64,000 bases of DNA. Origin: Octopus sinensis. Its lineage: Eukaryota. The stretch covers positions 35,960,001 to 36,024,000 of the forward strand of contig NC_043005.1 of assembly GCF_006345805.1 (NCBI RefSeq). The letters are read 5' to 3'. The notes beneath the pieces are model-generated. The model ran no database searches, had not been told where the DNA came from, and worked only from the letters and a program-made list of their open reading frames with translations. Positions 27,181 through 40,704 of the stretch are shown piece after piece. A program made the translations under genes and the position numbers. How positions within the stretch are numbered: the first letter of the stretch is position 1; each line of letters starts with the position of its first letter.

Positions 27181-27512
27181 TTATCTATCTATCTATAGAT
27201 GTTTGTTTTCGTTTCGTTTGTTGTATGTTTCCACTATCCTGTTTTTGTTACCAACTTTGACCCTCCGCACATCCCAAATTTTATTTTGGTTCGCAGGAGC
27301 ACCTGTTTTTCGATGATTCCATATTGTAGTTAATTGCTCGAAATGTGGAGTAGATGAACAGCCGACAACTGATGAAGGGTCGTTCTTTATGTTACTTGTC
27401 TTGTTTTCAATTTGTTTCTTTCGTTGTTCGCATGCCCAAGGTTTGCGTTCGTATTTCATGTTGTTTTTGTATTTCATGTTGTTCACGTTTTGTGACGTCC
27501 TGTACACATTAT

Positions 27513-27600
<88 letters not shown>

Positions 27601-27679
27601 TATGAACGTATGTACTTAAATGTATGTATATATGCATATATATGTACATATTGTATATATAATATATATATATATATAT

Positions 27680-27680
27680 G

Positions 27681-27720
<40 letters not shown>

Positions 27721-27905
27721 GTTTGTGTGTTTGTCCCCAACCATCGTTTGACAACCGATGATGGTGTGTTTGCGTCCCCGTAACTTAGCGGTTTGTCAAA
27801 AGAGACCGTTAGAATAAATACCAAGCTTACAAAGTTCTGAGGTCCATTTGTTCGACTAAAGGCGGTGCTCCAACATGGTCGCAGTCAGATGATTGAAACA
27901 AATAA
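27680..27905 (+). mobile_element. Family B SINE 3' half
   Basis: ccatcgtttgacaaccgatgatggtgtgtttgcgtccccgtaacttagcgg...ggcggtgctccaacatgg. Confidence 0.8.
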
Positions 27906-28304
27906 AAGTATTATATTTATATAAACACAGGAGGTTGTATTTTCCAAAATGGAGGCTGATGCCTTTTTCTGTGTGATCGGCCTGAAAAATTGTTTAGATA
28001 TTAAGATATTTTCCTTCTTTTCTTTATATGAAACCAATGGCAGCCTTCATTAACAAATAAAGAAATTATATCCACCAATGCGGTGTTGGTGTACTTATTT
28101 TCATCGTTCGACATTTACGTGTATATATATATATATATATATATATATTCCATTCTGGATCACAACTGCCCGATGAACGGAGATGTGAAACAGTTTTTTG
28201 GTGATGCTTTGCAAATTGAATAATAAAACATATTACTCTACTTCCGATATTCGAGTACTATTTTTCGCACCTTGTTTCACATTTATGTGCTTACTCGGGT
28301 ATGT

Positions 28305-28365
<61 letters not shown>

Positions 28366-28402
28366 ATCATATATATATATATATATATATGATATACATA
28401 TA

Positions 28403-28467
<65 letters not shown>

Positions 28468-28481
28468 GTATATATATATGT

Positions 28482-28517
<36 letters not shown>

Positions 28518-28552
28518 CATACATATATATATATACATACACACACACACAC

Positions 28553-28628
<76 letters not shown>

Positions 28629-29476
28629 TATATATATATCTATATATATATACATATGTCTATATATATATATACGGCGGTGCATCAGCATGGCCGCAGC
28701 TCTGAGCTGAAACTTAAAAAAAAAAAGAAAAATATATATATATTGTTATATTTGGGGACGGTCATGTAGCCAGTTTAGCCAATGAAAACACACGCACTGT
28801 ATATTTGGTGCTCACTTGCTTCAGCTTTATTTTATATCAATTGTATTTCGGCCAAAGTTCTTTCGTCACACTTCTGTGACCAATCAGTGGTCCTTTGCTT
28901 CTTTCTTTCTTTTTCGTGCTTCTCCTTACTAAATATCTGCCACTTTGCATTCCTGTTAAATGTGTGCTTATTTACTTATTCGTATATCCCCGTGTATCTT
29001 TATTTGCGCATGCGTATATCCCTGTATGTCTATGTTTAGTAAGTATCTGTGTGTGCGCGCGCACGCACGCACAGACGCAAACACACACACACACATGCAC
29101 ATATATATATACTTGTATCTTAAGATGGTAATTCAACCAATAAGAAATAGTCAATTAGATGACAGAACCGGGATTAATCAAACGATCGATTAGTTAACTG
29201 GTTAATTGGATATCTAATCGATTAATAAAAATTAAAGAACTGAAATAGAAACAGTGGCTGTGTTTCTTATTGGCCGAATGACAGTCCCAAGTTAGAACAA
29301 TTGCCGTTTCAGGAGATGATTTTACATGAAGAATTTCGCTAACAGAAAAACGAAGTAATATGTGCGTATTTGTGTATGTCACTATTCAGTTTTTGTATGT
29401 ATGTATGTATGTATGTATGTATGTATGTATGTATGTATGTATGTATGTATGTATGTATGTATGTATGTATGTATGT

Positions 29477-29900
29477 ACAGCTCAGATGCTACAGCAAAAC
29501 AGACCGGATCTAGTGGTGGTGGACATGGTGCACCACATATGCTATATAGTTGATGTTGCATACCTTTTTGACCCACGAATAGTCTAGAAGGAAGGCGTAA
29601 AGATAGGTAGCATGGCTATGGAAAATGAAGAAGTGCCAATTACTGTTGTGCCCTTGGGAACAGTATCAGAAGGAATCAATAGTAATGTAAAGGAAATTGA
29701 AATAGAATACTCAGTAGATCTGTTACAAAGGTTTGCCTCCCTGGCACAGCCAGAATAATCAGGAAAGTATTAGACAGCTGTAAAGAAGGGGTGACATGGT
29801 ACCGCAGGCTGCAGGTAGGAAGCCCACTACGCATGCAAGACTCCAGGAGCTCCAAAAAAATGTGATAAAAAGAAGAAATAATAATAATAATAATAATAAT
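29477..29900 (+). mobile_element. R4/Dong-clade LINE 3' end with (TAA)n tail
   Basis: NRPDLVVVD..CYIVDVA (RLE PD..D motif), VVPLG, then 3' UTR ending in (AAT)n. Confidence 0.8.
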
Positions 29901-29917
29901 AATATAATAATAATAAA

Positions 29918-31073
29918 ACTAAGAGCACTCAGAGAGCGCCAATCACCACCAAGTCAACACCATTGTCCTCTCAACGATTAACCGGAAATGGTGTTTAAAA
30001 TGAGAATATCTGAAATAAAATCAAGTACTCTCACCAACGAGAATACTAAAAATGAGCCCGACCGCTCTCAAACTGAAAAATAATCTAATTCTAATATAAT
30101 AATGAGCGTTGTGTTTTTATATATTTGTATATATATATATATATGTGTGTTCAGAAACACGTCGGTCGTAGAGGAGGAGGGAAAATAATAATTCAGAGAA
30201 GGAAAAGTAGTGAGAGTAATAACCCTGACTGAGAGAGAGTGAGAGAAAGTAATAGCAATGAGAGAAAGGAAGGGGTGAAAAAAAATCAGCGTTTCCTCTC
30301 TGCGTGAGTATGTGTGTATGTGAGTGCCTGTACAAGGCAAGTATGTAAATGTTTGATGTGTGATTATTATGTACCTAATTACCTCTGCCTTAGCGAAGGC
30401 GAAAGTATTGTTTTTAGTCGAGCTTATTTGTTTGTCTGTCCTTTGTCAAGATATCTCCAGAACCGCTGGATATATTCGGATGAAACTTTCAGGGATGTTT
30501 GGCCTCGGGACTGGCAGGGACTGATTAGATTTTGGGATCGATCCGGTACCGGACAAAGATTCTGGATTATTTTCCAGATTCTTTTAATTTTTGAGAGCGG
30601 CCGGTTTCATTTTTAGTATTCTCGTTGGATCTTTTCATTTTGAAAGCCAGATTTTCCTAGTTAACTAAACAATTTGAAACTTCGTATACTGGTAGAATGT
30701 GTCAAAAGAAAAAAATAATTGTAAACCAAAATGAAAACGGAATTGTAATTTCTAAGTTTAACGTTGTTTAATAATTCGAATTTTAACCAATGATATTCTT
30801 TCTTTCGACTTCATATCATTTACTGCCTCTTAAAATATTGTTACTTTGACGTAAACAGCTATTTTGTGACGTAGTTAACGTAAACATAAAATGTAAACAT
30901 CCGCTTATCGTAACTAAACACTTTCAAACTTCGTGGAGTATATATAAAATTTGTGCAGATCCTAAATAGCTAAATTCTTTTTGAAAGTCTTAGTATATAT
31001 AAAATGAGTGTTTAAATTATTTTCCATTGTTTGCATTGCTTACACACACACACACGCACACACACACACCACA

Positions 31074-31124
<51 letters not shown>

Positions 31125-32783
31125 TACATACATACATACATACACACATACTAAAATTACATCGTTGGAGCAGTAATTTATTTATGTATTTTTTGTTATA
31201 CAATTTATTTTTAAGCTGAATCCCTATCCTGCCATTAACCTCTTTCTTATAAAATAGTTGAAGAATCTGGGGTGTAGGAATTGGGCCAGTATTGGAACTT
31301 TTAACTTCTTGCTCTCTATCTTATGATCTCCGAAATTTAAGAATCTTGTGTTAACTGGGCTCTTATTATTTACTCTGACTCTGCCACCACCTCAATGCAA
31401 AGACTATCAATATCAGAATCATCTTCACAACCACCACTACAACCATTACTACAACCTCCAATGCCACCACCACAACCATCTTCTGCAACCACAACCCCAA
31501 GATCAATACCAGCATCATATTCAAAATCACCAATTTCACCACCACTACACTCTGCAATGTTTTCAACACTACCATCCATGAGACATCCTAACATAATCAA
31601 TGCTACTACTACTATCATCATCATTATCATCATCATCCACTGCCGCCACCACCACCACCACCACCACCACCACCACCACCACCACCACCACCACCACTGC
31701 CATGATAACCACATCTACCACAGCTGTTTGCTTACTGCTTACCCACTCACAAAATAGCTGTCTACGTTACAGTAACACTATGCAGCTAATAATTTCAAAT
31801 GAAAACAGACAATACGATTGGTTAAAATTCGCAGATTTAAACTACGTTTAAACTTATAAAATACATTTTTGTCAAAAAAACTAGTTGAAATTATTGTTTT
31901 CTTTTGACACATTCTACCAGTATACGAAGTTTCAAATTATTTAGTTAACTAGAAAAATCTGAAAAATCTGGCTTTCAAAATGAAAAGATCCTTCTCGTTT
32001 GTGAGAGCAGTCGAGTTTATTTCAGATATTTTCATTTTAAAATTCATCTCTGGCTAATCGTTGACAAGACGTTGGTGTTGAGAGGTTTACGCTCTCTGAG
32101 TGCTCTTATTTATATATAAAATACTACAATTGGCCGTCATTATTGACTACAGGTCGTCAGCTAGTATATATACATATTCAGCGAGAGATGAAAGAAGAGG
32201 AAATGAAATACCAATAAAGTGAAGGAGAATTAGTATGAGTAATAGCCATGACTGAGAAGGAGTGGGAGAAAGTAATGACAATGAGAAAGACGAAACGAAG
32301 TGTCAAAGAGAGCGTCGTATGAAAGGAAGCAGGAATAGATGAATAACGAAAGGAGTGAAAAAGCCGATAAACCTCGTTTGAAGTGTGAGTGTATGGGTGT
32401 ATAAAACAGAGGTATGTTTGCGTGCGTGTGCGTGTGTGTGTATGTGTGTATGTGCGTGTGTGTGTGTGTACAATGGAAATGGGATGGTAATGTTTAACGC
32501 TGAAAAGGCGTGAGCATATGTGTGACTGTGTATGTGTGTACAAGAGAACTATGTGAAACTTTACATGTAAAGTAAAAAGAATCGGAAAAACAACGTAGAA
32601 TCCTTGTCCGGTACCGGACCGATCCCAACATCTAATGAGACCGTGCCAGTCAAAAGGTCAAACATCCTTGAAAGTTCATCCGAATCCATCCAGCGGTTCT
32701 TGAGATATCTTGTCCACGGACAAACAAGCAAACAAAGACAACTGAAAACAATACCCCCACCTTCACTAAGGCGGAGGTTAAAT

Positions 32784-32817
<34 letters not shown>

Positions 32818-34443
32818 GCAGCAGCAGCAGCACTGAAGGAGCGCAAACCTCCGCCAAGGCAACACTAACATCCGCACAATGATTAGCCAAAGATGATTTT
32901 TAAAATGAAAATATCTGAAATAAACTCGACTGCTCTCACAAACGAGAATACTAAAAATGAACCCGACCGCTCTCAAATATTAAAAAAAACAAAACAAAAC
33001 AAAACACGGAAAAATAATCCAAGATCCTTGTCCAGAACCGTGTCGATCCCAATGGTAATCATAGAATGTGAAGGTGGCTGCAGAAAATTTAGTAACAGTA
33101 ATACATAGTTTATCCTTATCTAATGCAAGCCAAAGTTAATAAAATAACCATTCAAAATAGTTTCAAAGGCGGAGGTAGTAATAATAAGTTTTACTCAGGA
33201 ATTTTTAAATGAATGGCATGAGACCTTTTAGTTTTCTCTTCTCTTAAATTCCGGCCTTCCTTTTGTAGATTTTAGATCAATGTATAGATGCACGTATATA
33301 TGTAAGTATACTGTAAAGTGTTAATATGTATATATAATATATCTATAATAATAAATATCAAAACGAATTTCTGTGTGTCGGTGTGTCACAGTTTGACCCC
33401 CCACCTCTGATTATTTAATGACACTTCAACTACTCCTCTTGCTGGGGTGAGAGTAACTGTAGGAATAGAGACAGTGAGGGCAGTAGTAGATTGACAGTTG
33501 AGATGGTAATGGGGTGATAGTAACAGTATGAGCTGTAGTTGTGATAGAGGCGGAGGCGACGGTGATGATAGTGGCGGTGGTGGGGGTGGTAGCTGAGGCG
33601 GTCAAGCATGACGGTGATAGTGAGGGATGTGAAAGACAGTGGTGATGACGGTGGAGGGGAAGGCGGCGAAGTCAAAGGTGTTGATGATGGTGGTGGTATC
33701 AGAAGTCTGAATGGTGTGTGTATGGCAGTTGTGGTGGCGATGGTAATGGTGATGGTTGAAAACAATCAATAGAGAGAGAAAGAAAGAGGTTAGACAGAAA
33801 AACAAATTGTACTGACCCCGAATGGGAAGACAAAAATGTTGTTTATCATGAAACTTTGCAATAAGTTCCAAGTCGACATATTATATCATTCATTGTTTTG
33901 ACGAAAATTGTTCCTTGCTTGAAAAATATTGGTCAAGTTTAATAAAATTTAATATATACCCAATGCATGAAGTGTCATTATTGGGCTCAAGGCCCAATGA
34001 AGAGCCCTCTACAAGAGCTAGCTTTAAAATATGTTAAGTGTTATTTAATGTCTGAACGGTTTTGCTGACGTTTGTTTATGTAGTTTGATTTCTTTATCCG
34101 TAAATTTCTATCAAGATAGAGACGCGAGTAAAATTAATAATAGAGAAATGAAAATAAAACTTTGGAAACGGCCTAAAGGGAGATAAATGAGAAAAACTTG
34201 AAAGTCAGCGTAAGATCGTAATCATGTAAGGTAAAGTAAATATAACAAATAATCCAGAATCCTTGTCCGGTACTGGATCGATCCCCAAATCTAATCAGTT
34301 CGTGCCAGTCACGGGGCCAAGCATGCCTGAGAGTTTCGTTCGAATCCATCCAGCGGTTCTTGAGATATCTTGTCCACGAACAAATAAACACACAAACACG
34401 ACGGAAAACAATAAGTCCGCCTTCGCTAAATGGGAGGTAATAA
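29918..34443. mobile_element. Cluster of about 5 partial HINE/Helentron-like non-autonomous elements (29918-30095 -, 30378-32108 + interrupted, 32575-32790 -, 32827-33050 -, 34150-34443 -)
   Basis: Left end attacctcygccttagcgaaggcgg (palindromic sub-TIR), body gtccgtggacaagatatctcaagaaccgctggatggattcg, right end ggcggaggtttgcgctctctgagtgct. Confidence 0.7.
30627..31991. mobile_element. Non-autonomous TIR transposon (GG termini, 8-bp TSD TTCTCGTT; Merlin-like) nested in a HINE copy
   Basis: ~100-bp near-perfect TIRs GGATCTTTTCATTTTGAAAGCCAGATTTT, imperfect to ~170 bp; TSD at 30619-30626 and 31992-31999. Confidence 0.9.
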
Positions 34444-34444
34444 T

Positions 34445-36000
<1,556 letters not shown>

Positions 36001-36019
36001 ATAATAAAAATAATAGCAA

Positions 36020-36232
36020 TCCTTTCTACTATAGGCACAAGGCCTGAGCTTTTGGGGAGGGATTAGTTGATTACATCAACCCCAGTACTCAACTGGTACT
36101 TGTGTTCTTCGACCCCGAAAGGAGGAAAGCAAAGTTGACCTCGGCGGGATTTGAACTCAGAATGTAGCGACGGGCGAAATACCGCTAAGCATTTCGTCTA
36201 GCGCGCTAACGATTCTGCCAGCTCGCCGACTT
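36020..36232 (-). mobile_element. Family A SINE, full length
   Basis: cctttctactataggcacaaggcctg tail through gattctgccagctcgccg head. Confidence 0.9.
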
Positions 36233-36375
36233 AATAATAATAATAATAATAATAATAATATGCCTGGTGTACCCTTATCAGACGGGTAGTCATGATGGGT
36301 ATATTGGGCTTCGTATATTTTACCCCAGTGTCACTTTGATGGCATGCACTGCTCTCTCACTCAATAATAATAATA

Positions 36376-36969
36376 TTGGTGTTGGAGTGTGAGGGAGGCG
36401 AGAGTGAGAAGAGCAAGTGTGGGGTGTGGGTTGGGGTGAGGGTAGGAGTAGGGTGGTGTGTGAGGGTGGGGATGGGGTATGTAGGAACGGAATGTGTGGG
36501 ATGGTGTGGGGGTGGGATAGAATATATAGGGATGGTGGGGTTGGAATGTGTAGGGGTGAGCTAACGAGGGAGGGGGTGACGATGAAGGGAGAGGGGAAAG
36601 GGAGAAGGTGGGTAGAAGTGAAGAGAGGAAGTAGGTGTTAGAGCAAGAGAGGAGAGGAGAGTTGAATAGGAAGAAGTAGGTGTGAGAGGAAGAGAGGAGG
36701 GAGGAGTAGGATTAGACGAAGAGGGGAGGAGAGTTGAGCCCATGTGGCACAAAAGAGCGAAGAGACAAGATTAATGCCTGTTAACGGCGAAGACGGGAGT
36801 CCGGATGGTCCCTGTGCGAGGATAATCCGAACACAGACAGGTGCTGTAAAGAATGACCGGTAGAGCGGATATGGCGCGAGGCCGGGGTGACATTGCCGAG
36901 CCTAACGTCTCGGAGGTGTTCCGCGAACCGGTCAGCCAAGCGGCGTCACGTTTGACCGATGTACAGAGG

Positions 36970-36972
<3 letters not shown>
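36376..36972 (-). mobile_element. Penelope-like element: C-terminal half of GIY-YIG endonuclease plus CT-rich 3' region
   Basis: Minus strand GPLYIGQT*RRLADRFAEHLRDVR...GHSLQHLSVFGL...LRSFVPHGLN. Confidence 0.9.
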
Positions 36973-37036
<64 letters not shown>

Positions 37037-37051
37037 AAGAGAGAGAGAGAG

Positions 37052-39665
37052 TATTTCTTTATTCACCAGGTTGAGAAAAAGAGGGGACAAAACAAACGTT
37101 GGGGTCAGGGTATCGAATGAGACGAAACATGAATAAACAAACAATTAATATATATACAATTAAATGAGAATGAGTGATTAACAAAAAATGAAGCGGAGGA
37201 CGCGGTCGACCCCACAAACCACATACTCACACTGAAGACTTTGCTTTATCCTTTTTTACATTCTCGATTAAATAGGTTCTTTCACTCGCAACATACTTGC
37301 TATAGACTTCCATCTTTTACGAAACACACTTTGCGACAGGCATTTCTTCTCCAGCCTTATTTTCCGTTTCATGTGGAAAACGAAAAAGTCGATTAGCTCG
37401 AGACTGGAGATAAACATGCCTGTTGCAATTCCTTTTACTCTCGTCTTCCACACTACTTCTTTCGCCATAGCAACTACCGAAAGAAAACAGGCTCGCTCCT
37501 CCCTATTCAGGAAGGTCGGCGGAACTATCTTAATTACAGATTCGCTCGACAGTTGTACTCATCTCGAATGCGACAGCAGGTGTTCGACATAAGTCCAGAG
37601 TTCAGTCACCTTGGGGCATTGCACAATCGCGTGCAGGACAGTTTCACTGTCCCTCTTACATCTTGCACAAACCGGCGAAGGTGCACACCCATGTCTAAAG
37701 AGCTTATCTCGAACCGGTAAAGCTCCTCTGTAACATTGCCAGGCCAGGGACTTTTGGTAATTATCCATAGGCCCCGGACCGAATGTTCTTTGGAACAGGC
37801 TGGCCAGTTGATTTTCGTCGAAGCCCAGAGTTTCTCCTAGGACGTCGTCACACTTAAACTCTACTAACCCTCTATAGAAGAATGCGGTAGTAGCCCCGCC
37901 ACCGGCGTTGCCCGACTGGGAGAGAAGCACGAGTGCCTGATAGCACTCTGCATGCCACATGCCCAACCTCGGTCTACACTTGATCCATGGGTTCAGTTCG
38001 TTAAACGATGTGAACTGTGGAAATAACAGCTTGACAAACGGAGACCACACCTGCTCACCGTCCAGGTAAATCCAGAGGTGCCTAAGCCTGAGCGCATGTC
38101 TGCGCATTTTTAGCCACGGCATCCCTAACCCACCGTTCAGCGGCTTTTGGCAGCAAATAGAGCGCCTTACAAGAGGTCTGCTGCCCCTCCACAAAAAGCG
38201 AAAGAGCATGCGTTCCAGTTTGTTCAGCCACGAATCGGGGCAAGGCACTACGGTTAGGCGGTAAGTGATTACAGAGGCGATAAACACTTCTGCAACCTCC
38301 GCCTTCCTTTCAAGGACAGATTCCGTTCAGACCATGTCTGAGTTAGGAGAGCCACCTTTCTCGCCACCTCGCTCCAATTCTTCTCTATCTGGAGATCTGG
38401 ACCTAACCAGATCCCAAGCATTTTCACCGGTCCTTCCGTCCAACGTCCTACGACGCTGTCGGAAGACATCGACTTGCCCCTCCAGGTGCCGAGTTGCAAG
38501 CCGACCGATTTATCCCGGTTGACTTTCGCTCCTGCCACCGCTTCGTAGTCCCTTAAGGCCTCACCCACCCACTGTAGGTGCTCGACTCGGGAAACGATGA
38601 CGGTGATGTCGTCCGCATACGCCGAAGCTGACTTTCCGCACCCTAGATCTTGCGGGGTGCCTCTCATAGTTTCCAACCTCCTCAGCAACGGCTCGAGGGC
38701 CAAAACGTAGAGAAGCGGGGAGAGAGGACACCCTTGACGTACCGAACGTTCAATGCTGAACGGCTCCGAAAGGAAACCATTTACCCGAACTACCGATTCG
38801 ATGTTGCTGTATAAAGCGATGATCCATCCGCGGAAGGTCGGGCCGAAGCCAGCCGCCGCGAGGACCGCCGCCAGATACTGATGGTCCACCCTATCAAACG
38901 CTTTCGATTGGTCCAAGCGGACCATAGCCCCACCCTTGCCAGGAATCCTATTTACCCTTTCTAAGGCATAGCGTAGAAAGTGGAGATTGTCGTGGATGGT
39001 CCTTCCAGGGATGGTGCAAGTTTGCGCCTCGCCAACAAGTTCACCCACGACCCTCGCCAACCTTTTTGCTAAGACCTTGGCCAAGATCTTCAACTCTGCG
39101 TTAAGCAGAGTGATAGGCCGGAAATTATCAATTAAATCCCCCTTGTTTGGGTCCTTTCTTAACAACGCTACCACCCCTCGGCTCACAGACTTAGGAATTC
39201 TCCCGTTCTGCTGCCAGTTGGTGTACACGCATGCAAGTAGGTGCCCAAACAAGTCTGGCATGCTACTATAGAGTTCGTAAGGCAGACCATCGAGTCCCGG
39301 CGATTGTGTTTTTGCACTCGCAAAATTTATTTTTGCCTTTTCTTGTTTACTAGCTTCGCCAGACATATTGTCGTCTGCTTTTGTAACGCTCGCGTGAGAC
39401 GTCTCTTTACTTCTACCTTCCTCCTCCCACATTTTCGCCTTCATGCCTTCAAACAAATTTTCAACGTTTTCCTCCGACTCGGAGGAGACTGGTTGCAAAT
39501 TCATGTATTTTCGTCACTTCCCCCTTGAAACAAGGGGGAAAGAACAGCAGAACTCTGCTGCAACAGCAGAATTGAAGTGGCCTCGACGACCAAAACAGAA
39601 AATTTTCAAACTTTTCAGCACAAAAACAAACTTTCACTGCGGAGCAAAGAATAACACGACCGATA
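37052..39665 (-). mobile_element. Tx1-clade LINE, internally deleted (putative ORF1 N-terminus fused to RT), flanked by (TC)n on both sides
   Basis: SPGLDGLP, FRPITLLNAELKILAK, DQSKAFDRV, VRQGCPLSP, YADD, CARC..ETVLHAIVQC; one 1-bp frameshift (~38302) and one CGA>TGA-type stop (37559); AATAAA near the 3' end; GA tracts at 36973-37051 and 39666-39745. Confidence 0.93.
38269..39504 (-). CDS. 411-aa open frame: acidic leader + Tx1-type reverse transcriptase, no endonuclease
   Basis: ORF track; RT motifs start at residue ~68 (SPGLDG) directly after KINFASAKTQ. Confidence 0.75.
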   Translation of the reverse strand: MNLQPVSSESEENVENLFEGMKAKMWEEEGRSKETSHASVTKADDNMSGEASKQEKAKINFASAKTQSPGLDGLPYELYSSMPDLFGHLLACVYTNWQQNGRIPKSVSRGVVALLRKDPNKGDLIDNFRPITLLNAELKILAKVLAKRLARVVGELVGEAQTCTIPGRTIHDNLHFLRYALERVNRIPGKGGAMVRLDQSKAFDRVDHQYLAAVLAAAGFGPTFRGWIIALYSNIESVVRVNGFLSEPFSIERSVRQGCPLSPLLYVLALEPLLRRLETMRGTPQDLGCGKSASAYADDITVIVSRVEHLQWVGEALRDYEAVAGAKVNRDKSVGLQLGTWRGKSMSSDSVVGRWTEGPVKMLGIWLGPDLQIEKNWSEVARKVALLTQTWSERNLSLKGRRRLQKCLSPL

Positions 39666-39691
39666 AGAGAGAGAAAGAGATGGAGAGAGAA

Positions 39692-39745
<54 letters not shown>

Positions 39746-40670
39746 CAGGAAATGCAGTAGATGACGTTGCTAGAAGTGCAGGTGAAGGAGTCAGTGATAT
39801 GATAGGGTCGATGATGAGTGCCTGTGAGGAGGGTGGTGTTGGAGAGGTAAGGGCAAGTGCGGCAGCGTGGGCGGGAGCAGGGGAACGAACCGGGTTGGGA
39901 GGTTGAGTTAGGGAAGGAGCTGTGGAACAAGAGGTCTCGTAGGTTGTGCCCTCGTTTGAAGGAAGGGAGGGGTCGGTTAGGGAAGATGTGCAGAGTGGAG
40001 GGGTCGGAAGGCTCGGAGAATGGTGCGTTGGAGAGGTAGGGTGGAGGGGTTGTAGGTGAGGGGAAACATGAGACGGGTGACGGGGGTGGGGGCTGGATGC
40101 AGGGAGAGAGAGAGCAGATACATGGTCCATAGAACGTGCTCTGGAAAGGGCGGTGTGGATAGTGGTGAGTGGATATCCACGTAGGATGAAGCGGTGAGCT
40201 ATGTGCTGAGACTGAGTCTCAAAGTCATGGTTGTCACTGCAGAGCCTGTGTAGACGGAGGAATTGGGAATCGGGGATGGAAAGCTTGGTGTGTTAAGGGT
40301 AGGAGGAGGAGAAGTTGGAGTATGAGTGTGAGTCTGTGTGTTTGTAGTGGATGGAGGTGGTGAGAATGGAGTGATGAATATTGACCGAAATGTCAACAAA
40401 GGCGACGGAAGTGCCGGAAATAGTGCAGGAAAGTGGAGGGCAGGATGGAAAGATTTGACAAGAGAGGAAGGAGTCTAGATGTTCGCGGGAGAGTGAGGTC
40501 GCACCGATACAGTCGTCAATATAACGACCGTATAGTTCAGGAGTTGGACCAGTGAAACTTGAGAATATTTGGGCCTCAACATCGTCCACGAACAAGTTCG
40601 CATAGTTGGGGCCCATTCTCGTTCTCATTGTCACTCCTGAGACCGGCTGGTAAGAATCACCCGCGAACGA
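39746..40670 (-). mobile_element. Penelope-like element: RT, Cys-rich linker and N-terminal half of GIY-YIG
   Basis: GVTMRTRMGPNYAN, YGRYIDD, YKHTDSHSY; CSRPRCRTCP linker; FTCTSSNVIYCISC immediately before the (TC)n tract. Confidence 0.9.
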
Positions 40671-40704
40671 GAACAACAACAACAACAACAATAACAACAA
40701 TGGA

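Noticed and set aside
27340-27385. CTGATGA preceded by GAAA as a possible hammerhead (also CTGATGA at ~5881, ~7633 and ~975 minus)
   Set aside because: Could not assemble complementary stems I-III in a valid order.
31348-31757. Pro/Ser/His-rich ORFs including a poly-His run
   Set aside because: Degenerate (CAC/CAT)n low-complexity tract inside a MITE, open in several frames on both strands; no domain or splice support.
33430-33780. Pro/Thr/His-rich minus-strand ORFs
   Set aside because: Degenerate (GGT/GAT)n low-complexity DNA.
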